From the IMG/VR virus record IMGVR_UViG_3300024581_002882: DNA of 64,000 nucleotides. One strand, given 5' to 3'. Below the pieces are notes generated by a model. The model searched no databases. It was not told where the DNA came from and saw nothing but the letters and a program-made list of their open reading frames with translations. The DNA is from a virus. A program made the translations under genes and the position numbers. Shown here piece by piece: positions 27,502 through 35,599 of this stretch; position 1 is the stretch's first letter, and each line of letters opens with the position of its first letter.

Positions 27502-27839
27502 TGGAAAATCAAGCTACAAATCAAGGTGCAGAAACTAATGGTGCTGAAGCAGTATCAACTCAAGACACAGCAGGGGTGGTAGAAAATACCAACCCATCTG
27601 AAACCTCATCAAACTTTGAGGAAGGCGGAGAGTTAAAAAAGGGCGGAGAATATAGCCTTGTTTATCTTTTAACCTTTGCTCTTTTGATTTCAGCTTCTGC
27701 ATATAGCATTTACTATCATCGTCAAGCCATGAATAAGCTAATGGATGATGACAACGATGAACTAAAAAGACAAGTTAGAGAAGTGAAAACAAATCTTAAA
27801 AAATTGATGGGAAATAAGTATGAAATTATCTCTAAATAA
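27501..27839 (+). CDS. single-pass membrane protein
   Basis: acidic N-terminus with FEEGG/LKKGG, TM, short coiled coil. Confidence 0.7.
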   Translation: MENQATNQGAETNGAEAVSTQDTAGVVENTNPSETSSNFEEGGELKKGGEYSLVYLLTFALLISASAYSIYYHRQAMNKLMDDDNDELKRQVREVKTNLKKLMGNKYEIISK

Positions 27840-28470
27840 TATTACTTACGGAAATCCAACGCTAAAGCAAAAGGAGTTTTTATCTAAAACTTGCCTTGTT
27901 AGTGATTTATACCCAAAACTTAAAGATTTTCCATGTCCTGAAAATGAAAGCGACAGCACAAAACAGGAATTAAACGAACTAATGGAATTTGCGAAAGACA
28001 TTCAGCTTGATGACAACGAAAAATTCAAGAAAAGATTTGTCTTTTATGATAAAAACTTATTTCAGGCAATTTCAAACTCTTTTAAAACCGAAAAAGCAGA
28101 TATAGACCAACTAATTAAAGATATTGATGAGGATATAACCCCGTTAATTGTTAGGCTTAAATACAACTATCAAAGACCAAGACCTTATCAACTTGCACAA
28201 TATTACAAGCTAAAATTGTTTCCGTTTAGTTCAACATCAGCACATTCACCATCTTATCCGAGTGGACATACGATACAGGCTTATGTTATGCTTACTGTAA
28301 TTGGTAATCTAATACCTGAATTTTACGAAAAAGCAAAAAAAATGATTGAAGATGTGGCATATAGTAGATGCTATATAGGTGTACACTATCCCACAGATAA
28401 TGACTTTGCTTATCAAGTAGCCCAAGAAATACTAAAACACCCTGATTTTGCAAAAAAATATGGAATATGA
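27820..28470 (+). CDS. PAP2-superfamily phosphatase / haloperoxidase-like protein
   Basis: KYNYQRPRP, YPSGH and SRCYIGVHYPTD, the three canonical PAP2 motifs. Confidence 0.88.
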   Translation: MKLSLNNITYGNPTLKQKEFLSKTCLVSDLYPKLKDFPCPENESDSTKQELNELMEFAKDIQLDDNEKFKKRFVFYDKNLFQAISNSFKTEKADIDQLIKDIDEDITPLIVRLKYNYQRPRPYQLAQYYKLKLFPFSSTSAHSPSYPSGHTIQAYVMLTVIGNLIPEFYEKAKKMIEDVAYSRCYIGVHYPTDNDFAYQVAQEILKHPDFAKKYGI

Positions 28471-28864
28471 TGAAATAATTTTTCCTATTGTACCATTTCC
28501 TAAACCAAGAATGACACAAAGGGATAAGTGGAAAAAAAGACCCGTAGTGGTTAAGTATCATCTTTTTAAAGATGGCTTAAAACACTATGCTTGTGAAAAT
28601 AAATATGAAGTTGGTGGCGAGTTAAGTCTAACTTTCGTCATGCCATTCCCCAAATCTTATTCTAAAAAGAAAAAAGAATCTTTAAGAGGTAAACCTCATC
28701 AGATAAGACCTGACTTAGATAATTTAGTTAAGGCTTTTAAAGATGCGTTGTGCTTAGAAGATTCTTATGTGTACAAATACAATTGTGTTCAAAAAATTTG
28801 GGGTGATGAGGGGAAAATAATTATTAAAGAACCAAAAAACTATTTAGATGACACAAGTATCTAA
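28460..28864 (+). CDS. rusA: RusA-family Holliday junction resolvase
   Basis: PKPRMT...RPDLDNLVKAFKDAL..EDSYV. Confidence 0.85.
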   Translation: MEYDEIIFPIVPFPKPRMTQRDKWKKRPVVVKYHLFKDGLKHYACENKYEVGGELSLTFVMPFPKSYSKKKKESLRGKPHQIRPDLDNLVKAFKDALCLEDSYVYKYNCVQKIWGDEGKIIIKEPKNYLDDTSI

Positions 28865-29444
28865 TTTATCAAAGACACAGTATCAAAATCTATTTAAAGA
28901 GTTTGCTTACTTTACCAAAGATTATGGCATGAAGCCATTACTTTATCAGCTTTATGTTTTAAATAATTCAAGAGAAAACTTTGACACGAAAGGTGTTGAA
29001 GATGAGTTACTTATGTTAGAACTAAGCAAATCATTTCAGAATTATGGAGTTGAATTTACCACACTTTTTTTTCAAACAAATAAAACTAAAATGTTTAACT
29101 TTGAATCAGAAAGTAACTCGGCATTAAACGAAAAGGTTTTTGAAATTGTTTGTAGAGTTTTTAAAACAACAAAAGATGCTATTCTTGAAAAGTTTGACAG
29201 AGATGGAATACGGGTTTACGCAAGTGGAAGTTTGTTTAAATTGTTTATAGATACTTGCGGTTATAGTGTGGATGAGGTTGTTTCTTTAACAGGGAAGCCT
29301 AAAAGCATTATTAGTCGCCATAAAAACATTATAACAAATTTGGATTACAAACATATACATGACAAAAAAGTTGTTGTGAAATTTATAAACGCTAAAAAAC
29401 AATTAATTAAATATATATTAGATGAGTACCGACAAGAAAACTAA
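28848..29444 (+). CDS. hypothetical protein, possible C-terminal HTH
   Basis: SVDEVVSLTGKPKSIISRH helix-turn-helix-like pattern. Confidence 0.4.
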   Translation: MTQVSNLSKTQYQNLFKEFAYFTKDYGMKPLLYQLYVLNNSRENFDTKGVEDELLMLELSKSFQNYGVEFTTLFFQTNKTKMFNFESESNSALNEKVFEIVCRVFKTTKDAILEKFDRDGIRVYASGSLFKLFIDTCGYSVDEVVSLTGKPKSIISRHKNIITNLDYKHIHDKKVVVKFINAKKQLIKYILDEYRQEN

Positions 29445-30411
29445 TTCAGACGTAGAAGAAGTAGAATTTGAAGAAGTAAATTCTATAGATTCAGACCCTT
29501 TATTTTCTCCCTTTGACGAGCCTGTCAAAGAAAGGGAATACACCAAGCCAAATATAGATACCTCACAGATTGAGGGGGAGTTGGAAGAACCAACATTTAC
29601 ACCGCCAAGCTTTTCAGACTTTGAAGATGAAGAAGTTGAAGAAAAACCTTTTAATCCAAGCTACAATGAGTTAGGTAAAAAGGAAAAGAAGATGGGTGCT
29701 GAAATGATTGCTGATGTTGTCATTGATGGATATTCTCGCTTAAAAAAGGGAATGGGTTCACTTTCTTCTATTAGCGAAAACAAATTAGAAAGAGAATTTG
29801 CAGAGGGCAATATAAACCCAAACATTCAATTGCCAATTGATGAACATGGAAATACTGCATCAATTAGAGAATTTGTAAAAGAGTTTAACGAAACAGGCAA
29901 AGAAGCTTTTGACACCCCTGAAGATTTCAAAGAAAAAGTAAAACCGCCTCTTGTTCGTGTTTTTGAAAAACGTGGAGTAGGCATGACAGATGAACAGCTA
30001 CTTTTGTACTATTTTGGTACTGACTTTGCAACAGCAGGTGTTACAGCTTTTGGTCTTAAAAAATCAGCAGATGGTATTTTGAAACAATTAAGAGAGCAAA
30101 CAGACTTAATGCGTTCTCCAATGACACCACCACCTGCACCTAAAAAAGAACAAACACAGGCATCAACAGATGTTTCTGAAAATGAAACAGAATTTGAAGA
30201 ACCTGAAGAAGTTTTTGAGGTTCAGCCCGATATAGTTGCACCTAAAAAGCAAAGCAATTCTAACTTCACAAGTGATGCTGAAGTTCCAAGCAATATGCCT
30301 GAATTTGGAGACCCAAGCACACTAAAAGAGATTGAAAAAATTGCATCTAAAGAAGCCAACTCTAACCCTAAGCCAAAAGGTAAAAGAGGGCGACCAAGAA
30401 AAAATAAATAA
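29422..30411 (+). CDS. acidic, Pro-rich protein upstream of the packaging ATPase
   Basis: 329 aa, central weakly hydrophobic helix, basic tail KPKGKRGRPRK. Confidence 0.65.
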   Translation: MSTDKKTNSDVEEVEFEEVNSIDSDPLFSPFDEPVKEREYTKPNIDTSQIEGELEEPTFTPPSFSDFEDEEVEEKPFNPSYNELGKKEKKMGAEMIADVVIDGYSRLKKGMGSLSSISENKLEREFAEGNINPNIQLPIDEHGNTASIREFVKEFNETGKEAFDTPEDFKEKVKPPLVRVFEKRGVGMTDEQLLLYYFGTDFATAGVTAFGLKKSADGILKQLREQTDLMRSPMTPPPAPKKEQTQASTDVSENETEFEEPEEVFEVQPDIVAPKKQSNSNFTSDAEVPSNMPEFGDPSTLKEIEKIASKEANSNPKPKGKRGRPRKNK

Positions 30412-30423
30412 TATTTTTTTTTA

Positions 30424-30588
30424 ATGGCTAATAAAAAACATGAGTATATATCAGATATAACTTCTATGGATTTTATATTCTTAAGAACTATAACAAAATC
30501 AGATGATTGCATAACTTTTAATGCAATTACATTAGATAATCAGGAGTTTTACGGAGAAGAAACTTCTATAAAATATGAAACAAAATGA
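30424..30588 (+). CDS. 54-aa hypothetical protein
   Basis: read by eye; ATGA overlap with the ATPase start. Confidence 0.45.
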   Translation: MANKKHEYISDITSMDFIFLRTITKSDDCITFNAITLDNQEFYGEETSIKYETK

Positions 30589-31397
30589 GAGAACCAAAAT
30601 TAGGAGTAGCAGTAGGTAAAAAGGGTGTTGGAAAAACATACACAACTAATCAGGTTATTGATAGTTACGTTAAGGGAAATCCCCAAAAAGGTGTTAAACC
30701 AAGAAGGGCTTTAATTCTTGATGTGAACGATGAATTTGAGCATATTAAAGCGTTAAGCCTTAAAGACGTAATGAAGTTTTCAGTACACCCAACTATTGAG
30801 GCGAGAAGAATAAGACCTTTTATGGAAGATGGTCAAAGAATGACAATAAGGGAAATTCAAGAAACACTTTTTGCTATTCTTAAAGATTACAGGGGTGGGC
30901 TTTTATTAATTGAGGACATAAATAGATATATTTCTGACCAATTACCAAACGATGTTGTAGGTGCAATATGCACAAACAGACACGCTGATACAGACATAAT
31001 TCTTCACTTTCAATCTATTGGTAGGGTAACAACTAAAATTTGGCAAAACTTAAATTGGTTGCGTTTTCACAAAAACACAGATAGTGTTGATAGACATAAA
31101 CATAAGTTTGAAGATAAGTTTGAATATCTTAAAATTGCTGAAATTTTAGTAAACCATAAATACTATAATGGAGATGAAAGATATTACCTATATGTAGATA
31201 TAGATAGTGAAAAGATTATGGGAAATGTAAGCAAAAAAGATTTAGACTTTGCTATTGAAGAATACATTTCAAAATACTACAAAAAAATCGTAACACCCTT
31301 GCTTAACCAAATGGGTATGGATGGAAAGAAAAAATATACACCCGAAAAGGCGATAAAAGAGATAAAAAGTAAGATTTATAAGAATTTTACACGATAA
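30585..31397 (+). CDS. FtsK/HerA-superfamily (A32/P9-like) genome-packaging ATPase
   Basis: VAVGKKGVGKT (Walker A), ALILDVNDEF, LLLIED (Walker B), TNRHADTDIILHFQS (RH...Q motif); about 270 aa; adjacent to the capsid candidate. Confidence 0.75.
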   Translation: MREPKLGVAVGKKGVGKTYTTNQVIDSYVKGNPQKGVKPRRALILDVNDEFEHIKALSLKDVMKFSVHPTIEARRIRPFMEDGQRMTIREIQETLFAILKDYRGGLLLIEDINRYISDQLPNDVVGAICTNRHADTDIILHFQSIGRVTTKIWQNLNWLRFHKNTDSVDRHKHKFEDKFEYLKIAEILVNHKYYNGDERYYLYVDIDSEKIMGNVSKKDLDFAIEEYISKYYKKIVTPLLNQMGMDGKKKYTPEKAIKEIKSKIYKNFTR

Positions 31398-31463
31398 ATG
31401 CGATAATCGTCAATTATTGCAGATATTTTTATTCTTTGCAATAAAAATTATTTTAAAACACAA

Positions 31464-31471
31464 TATATTTG
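31464..31471 (+). promoter_or_regulatory. -7 promoter box for the capsid transcript
   Basis: TATATTTG. Confidence 0.6.
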
Positions 31472-31507
31472 AAGCGTAAATGGTTCTGTAACCGTTTGCG
31501 TTTTTTT
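31472..31507 (+). terminator. intrinsic terminator-like hairpin after the ATPase
   Basis: AAGCGTAAATGGTT-CTGT-AACCGTTTGCGTTT (14-bp stem with G-U pairs) plus T tract. Confidence 0.6.
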
Positions 31508-31533
31508 ATTTATTAACTTTTAATCATTCTGTA

Positions 31534-31662
31534 ATGAATACCAAAGTGCTTTTAGAGTTTGGAAAGCAAGTTTTAACTGTCGCTGTTGGAGTTGCTGTGT
31601 ATAACGCAGTAAAACCAATGCTCGATAAGGCTAAACTTTCTGCACCAAGTTCAGACGAATAG
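31534..31662 (+). CDS. 42-aa membrane protein co-transcribed with the capsid gene
   Basis: MNTKVLLEFGKQVLTVAVGVAVYNAVKPMLDKAKLSAPSSDE; read by eye. Confidence 0.65.
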   Translation: MNTKVLLEFGKQVLTVAVGVAVYNAVKPMLDKAKLSAPSSDE

Positions 31663-31710
31663 TCAAACAAATTTCAAATTATTTATTAAACATTTAAAAA
31701 TTTATTTATC

Positions 31711-32400
31711 ATGTCAAATGTACGCAGATATTTAGCAAACGCACAGAGAATGGCTAACGAATCTTTCTCTAATGCCGATGGTTTCATTGATGATGATTTG
31801 TCTTTCACAGGCGATGACTTTTTCAATGCTCAAGGTGGAGGGGCTTCAGCACCTACATCACAGCCATACATCGTAACAGTAACATCTACTTCAGGTAGTG
31901 CTGTTTCAGATTTCGAAGTACTCGGTTCTTACGAGTACATTAACAACGCAGGGTTCACAGCAGGTGGCGACCTTGTAATCGGTTCTATCACTATTTCAAG
32001 TGGTATTGCAGGTATTACATATCGTGAAATGTTGTATCAGTTTATGAACAACCCTTATAGCGTAGGACTTACTTATGTACAGTCAGCTACAGCTAACCAA
32101 ATTTTGGAGACAATTTCAGTTAACACGAGAGATGCTAACGGTAACGAGGCTCAAAAAACACTTGTGCCAACAATCGACCCGTATCAGCAACAATCTACAG
32201 TATTGGCTATGAAATATGCTTACCGAATTGATGGTTTCACAAAACTTATCATTCGTCAAGTATTAGCCAACGCTACTGTTAAATTGTACTTCTACCCATC
32301 TGACAACATTAATCTTGCTCGTGGACTTGCAGGACAAAATGTTTCTCGTCAGTACGGAAATCCCGGCATTGTAAAAGCACAAACCATCAAATTATCATAA
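31711..32400 (+). CDS. candidate major capsid protein (single vertical jelly-roll type) with acidic N-terminal propeptide
   Basis: next to the packaging ATPase; own promoter and terminator; visibly enriched TTC/TAC/AAC/ATC codons; alternating beta-strand pattern; paralogue at 52937. Confidence 0.6.
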   Translation: MSNVRRYLANAQRMANESFSNADGFIDDDLSFTGDDFFNAQGGGASAPTSQPYIVTVTSTSGSAVSDFEVLGSYEYINNAGFTAGGDLVIGSITISSGIAGITYREMLYQFMNNPYSVGLTYVQSATANQILETISVNTRDANGNEAQKTLVPTIDPYQQQSTVLAMKYAYRIDGFTKLIIRQVLANATVKLYFYPSDNINLARGLAGQNVSRQYGNPGIVKAQTIKLS

Positions 32401-32438
32401 TTAGAGGTTAGTGTTTAACAGAGTTGGATAACTTAACT

Positions 32439-32474
32439 AAAGGGGCGTTTGGTTTTTCCAAATTCCCCTTTTTT
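32439..32474 (+). terminator. intrinsic terminator after the capsid gene
   Basis: AAGGGG-CG-TTTGG/loop/CCAAA-TT-CCCCTT then T tract. Confidence 0.75.
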
Positions 32475-32490
32475 ACTTAAAAATTAACAC

Positions 32491-32874
32491 ATGGATGTAT
32501 ATAACTACATAGCAAATACAAACCCCCACAAGGCTCAAGATATTATAAACAGCTTTGGGTATAAGGTTGTAGATAAAAAGAACATGGGTGGTAACTTAAA
32601 ATCACTTGTTGCTAAAGAAGGCGAACCTGCCCTTAAAATGGTTTTAGAAAATCATCCTGACAAAGAAGTTATTTTAGAACTATATAGCCCAACAGCAGAT
32701 GGCAAACACTATTCTTGTGGCTGTAATGAATGTAATGAAAAAAGAATGGTAGAAAAATTCTTAAACGCAAGTGGAAAAGAAAGTTCAGAAGCTAAAAAAG
32801 TGGACAGCAACTTTTCTTTAGTTTTTCTTGCAGGGGTTTTAGTTTTATCATTTGCAATATTATCAAAAAATTAA
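32491..32874 (+). CDS. C-terminally anchored membrane protein (NAxG family)
   Basis: helical N-domain, FLNASG, TM, KN tail. Confidence 0.7.
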   Translation: MDVYNYIANTNPHKAQDIINSFGYKVVDKKNMGGNLKSLVAKEGEPALKMVLENHPDKEVILELYSPTADGKHYSCGCNECNEKRMVEKFLNASGKESSEAKKVDSNFSLVFLAGVLVLSFAILSKN

Positions 32875-32879
32875 AAACA

Positions 32880-33479
32880 ATGGCTCGATTTGACGATTTA
32901 GGAAAAGCAATTGGAATGGCTGTTTCAAAAGATGAGCAAGGAATAAGAGCCTTGTTACAAAGAAATGGTGTTTCAACTACAAACATTAAAACAAAACAAC
33001 AACTTTCAGACGTATTTGTTGAATCTCTTGTGCGTTCAAAAGGATTAGGACAAGATTTCGCTAACTATATTAAATCAAAGGACAACGCTAATATGAGTGG
33101 TTCTATGAAATATGTTGGTGGCGAAGCAAACCTAATTGGAGATTATGTACCTGAAGCATATAACATGACAGGTTCACAATACATGAACGCTGAAGGAGAT
33201 GAAGAAGCAGATGCAAAAACAAAAAAAGGTGGCTTCTTTTCAGGTCTTAATCTTGCAGACCTAATTAATACAGCAACTACAATTTATCTTGCGGAACAAC
33301 AAGGTAGGGTTTCTGAAAACGAAACAGAACAAATAAAAATTGCTTCTAATACGCAATTAAATAACGATTTTAACCCAACACCACCAAAAAAATCAAACAC
33401 AGGTACTATTGTGGTATTTAGTGTTTTAGGTTTAGCTGTTGTGGGTGCTGTCGTATTTTTTGCACTTAAAAAGAAATAA
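32880..33479 (+). CDS. C-terminally anchored membrane protein (NAxG family)
   Basis: GKAIG..D..GIRALL..NGV N-domain; YMNAEG; GGFFSGLNLADLIN; TM plus KKK. Confidence 0.75.
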   Translation: MARFDDLGKAIGMAVSKDEQGIRALLQRNGVSTTNIKTKQQLSDVFVESLVRSKGLGQDFANYIKSKDNANMSGSMKYVGGEANLIGDYVPEAYNMTGSQYMNAEGDEEADAKTKKGGFFSGLNLADLINTATTIYLAEQQGRVSENETEQIKIASNTQLNNDFNPTPPKKSNTGTIVVFSVLGLAVVGAVVFFALKKK

Positions 33480-33480
33480 A

Positions 33481-34125
33481 ATGGCAAATCAACAACAACT
33501 ACAAAACTTAGGTAATGCAATAGGATATATTGCTGTTGCAGACATTAATGGACTTCGCAATTTGCTTTCAAAATATGGCGTTGTAAATGTAGGTAGTGAT
33601 TCTAAAACTCTTATTACTGAAACAACAAACTTAGTGTCGAACTCACGTTTCTACAATGAATTTGTTGCTTTAGTTCAAAAAAACTTAGGCGAAGCTTCAT
33701 TTTCAGGTTATAATAATATTGGTGGAGACTATGGCTCTTGGCAACCTTCAAGTGATAGCCTTTTAAATTCAAATACTTTAAACCAAAAACTAACCGATGT
33801 TAAATCACCCTCAAATAGTGGTGGCGGATTTTTTAGTGGAATAAATTTAGGTTCATTAATAAATACGGGGGCATCAATTTATGGAAGTGTAACTGCGGAT
33901 AAAAGACAAAAAGACCTATTAAACGCACAAGCAAATCAACAAGCACAGCAAACACAAAGTCAAATATTGGCAGGACAATTAGCTTTAGAACAAGAAAAGC
34001 TTAAACTTGCTCAAATACAAGCACAAAACGAAAAAGGGGGTTCTAATACACTTCTTTATGTTGGTTTAGGTCTTGTAGGACTTCTTGTTGTTGGTGGTGT
34101 TATTTATGCAGTTACTAAAAAATAA
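33481..34125 (+). CDS. C-terminally anchored membrane protein (NAxG family)
   Basis: GNAIG..D..GLRNLL..YGV N-domain; YNNIGG; GGFFSGINLGSLIN; coiled coil; TM plus KK; start reassigned to 33481. Confidence 0.75.
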   Translation: MANQQQLQNLGNAIGYIAVADINGLRNLLSKYGVVNVGSDSKTLITETTNLVSNSRFYNEFVALVQKNLGEASFSGYNNIGGDYGSWQPSSDSLLNSNTLNQKLTDVKSPSNSGGGFFSGINLGSLINTGASIYGSVTADKRQKDLLNAQANQQAQQTQSQILAGQLALEQEKLKLAQIQAQNEKGGSNTLLYVGLGLVGLLVVGGVIYAVTKK

Positions 34126-34131
34126 TAAATT

Positions 34132-34365
34132 ATGAGTGTAAAAAGCCCAAAAGAAATAGTTGCCGAAGTGTCAGGACTTACTGATGACAAAAAAAGGAAA
34201 GCGTTTATGCTGAAAGCACAGTCAAGCGTTCATGGTGCTTTTTGGGGTGGTGCTTTTGGTCTTTTATTTGCATTTTATAAAAGTAAAAACAAATATGTTA
34301 GCACTCTAATAGGTGCAGGTGTTGGTGCTTTAGTATCTAATATTTTAACAGTAGAAAAAAAATAA
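34132..34365 (+). CDS. 2-TM glycine-zipper membrane protein
   Basis: GAFWGGAFGLL; LIGAGVGAL. Confidence 0.7.
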   Translation: MSVKSPKEIVAEVSGLTDDKKRKAFMLKAQSSVHGAFWGGAFGLLFAFYKSKNKYVSTLIGAGVGALVSNILTVEKK

Positions 34366-34370
34366 AAGCT

Positions 34371-34775
34371 ATGAATTATAATAATTTTGCAGAACCACCT
34401 CAATATATTTTTTTTAAACCAAATAAAGGTAGCCTTTTAGATAGTGCTACATTAGACCAAAGGCTTAAAGAAATAAAATCAGGTTCAGGTGGTTTTAATA
34501 GCCCTGTTGGTGTTACACCCGATAAATATAAAGGATTAAATAATAATAGTACAGCATCTGATAACAGTCAAAAACAACCTGTAGATGCAGATGTTTTGGG
34601 TTCTTATGCAAAACAAGGTGCATGGGTTGGAAACGCATTAGGAGATGTTATAGCTTTAGCTTATGCTTTTAAAACAAAGTCAGGCTTTTGGAAGGGCTTT
34701 GGATATGTCCTTTTAGGTGGATTAACAGGTGGGGCTTTAGGCTTCGGTGTTGGTTCTCTAATAAAGAAAAAATAA
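34371..34775 (+). CDS. 2-TM glycine-zipper membrane protein
   Basis: starts MNYNNF; LLGGLTGGALGFGVG. Confidence 0.7.
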   Translation: MNYNNFAEPPQYIFFKPNKGSLLDSATLDQRLKEIKSGSGGFNSPVGVTPDKYKGLNNNSTASDNSQKQPVDADVLGSYAKQGAWVGNALGDVIALAYAFKTKSGFWKGFGYVLLGGLTGGALGFGVGSLIKKK

Positions 34776-34780
34776 CAGTT

Positions 34781-35044
34781 ATGAATTATAATAATTTTGT
34801 ACCAAAAGAGAATCGTTTCGGTATTAATATACCCTTTGATATGATGCCCGATAAAGGTTACAATCCTGTTCAACCTAAAAAGGAATTGATGGATGAAATG
34901 GAAGAAAAAGCTAAACGCAATGCAGAAGAAACTATAAAATTTTTTAAAGCAAAAAAAGATAAAGAAAAAAATAAAAAAATTATTTTATACGTTGCTATTG
35001 CAGTAACAGGTTTTTTTGCTTATAAAAAACTCTTTAAAAAATAA
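34781..35044 (+). CDS. C-terminally anchored membrane protein
   Basis: starts MNYNNF (start reassigned to 34781); TM plus KKLFKK. Confidence 0.7.
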   Translation: MNYNNFVPKENRFGINIPFDMMPDKGYNPVQPKKELMDEMEEKAKRNAEETIKFFKAKKDKEKNKKIILYVAIAVTGFFAYKKLFKK

Positions 35045-35080
35045 AACTAAGTTCAATTAAATTAATATAAATTATAAATT

Positions 35081-35209
35081 ATGAAAACTATGAAAATGGA
35101 TGTTAAGTCTTTAGTAGGTGTAGCTGTATCAATTGCAGTTCTTTACGCAACAGTTTATTACGCAGGTCGTGGGTGGAAGCGTTCACAGTCAGGCGAAAAA
35201 CTTGTATAA
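35081..35209 (+). CDS. 42-aa membrane protein
   Basis: MKTMKMDVKSLVGVAVSIAVLYATVYYAGRGWKRSQSGEKLV; read by eye. Confidence 0.6.
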   Translation: MKTMKMDVKSLVGVAVSIAVLYATVYYAGRGWKRSQSGEKLV

Positions 35210-35212
35210 TAA

Positions 35213-35314
35213 ATGAATACGAAAACTTTAACAGGAATAGTATTACTTGTTGTTGGTGTTGGCGGTCTTTCTTACTTATACAATTTGTACTTTAAGGAGA
35301 CCGACACACAATAA
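35213..35314 (+). CDS. 33-aa membrane protein
   Basis: MNTKTLTGIVLLVVGVGGLSYLYNLYFKETDTQ; read by eye. Confidence 0.55.
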   Translation: MNTKTLTGIVLLVVGVGGLSYLYNLYFKETDTQ

Positions 35315-35335
35315 CAGCATAAAAATTTATTAAAC

Positions 35336-35599
35336 ATGGAGAAATCAGCTAATCAGCTTTGGAGAGAAAGCGGAACTTCTCTTTCTTTTAAGGATTGGAT
35401 TCAAAGAGAGAAAGATAAAGGAGTACAAATTAAAAATAAACTTCTCGAAGATGTGGTTGGTTCTGTAAAAGAAACTAATCAAAAAGACACAAATACAATA
35501 AAAAGATTTGATTTTGGAGTGCCAAAGTGGGTTATTTACACAGGTGCTTCGGTTTTAACTTTTGCTATTGTATATAAATTATATAAAGCCAAAAAATGA
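35336..35599 (+). CDS. C-terminally anchored membrane protein
   Basis: TM plus YKLYKAKK. Confidence 0.7.
   Translation: MEKSANQLWRESGTSLSFKDWIQREKDKGVQIKNKLLEDVVGSVKETNQKDTNTIKRFDFGVPKWVIYTGASVLTFAIVYKLYKAKK

Noticed and set aside
28848-29444. DnaA C-terminal-like domain
   Set aside because: Similarity is limited to a generic helix pattern; left as hypothetical.
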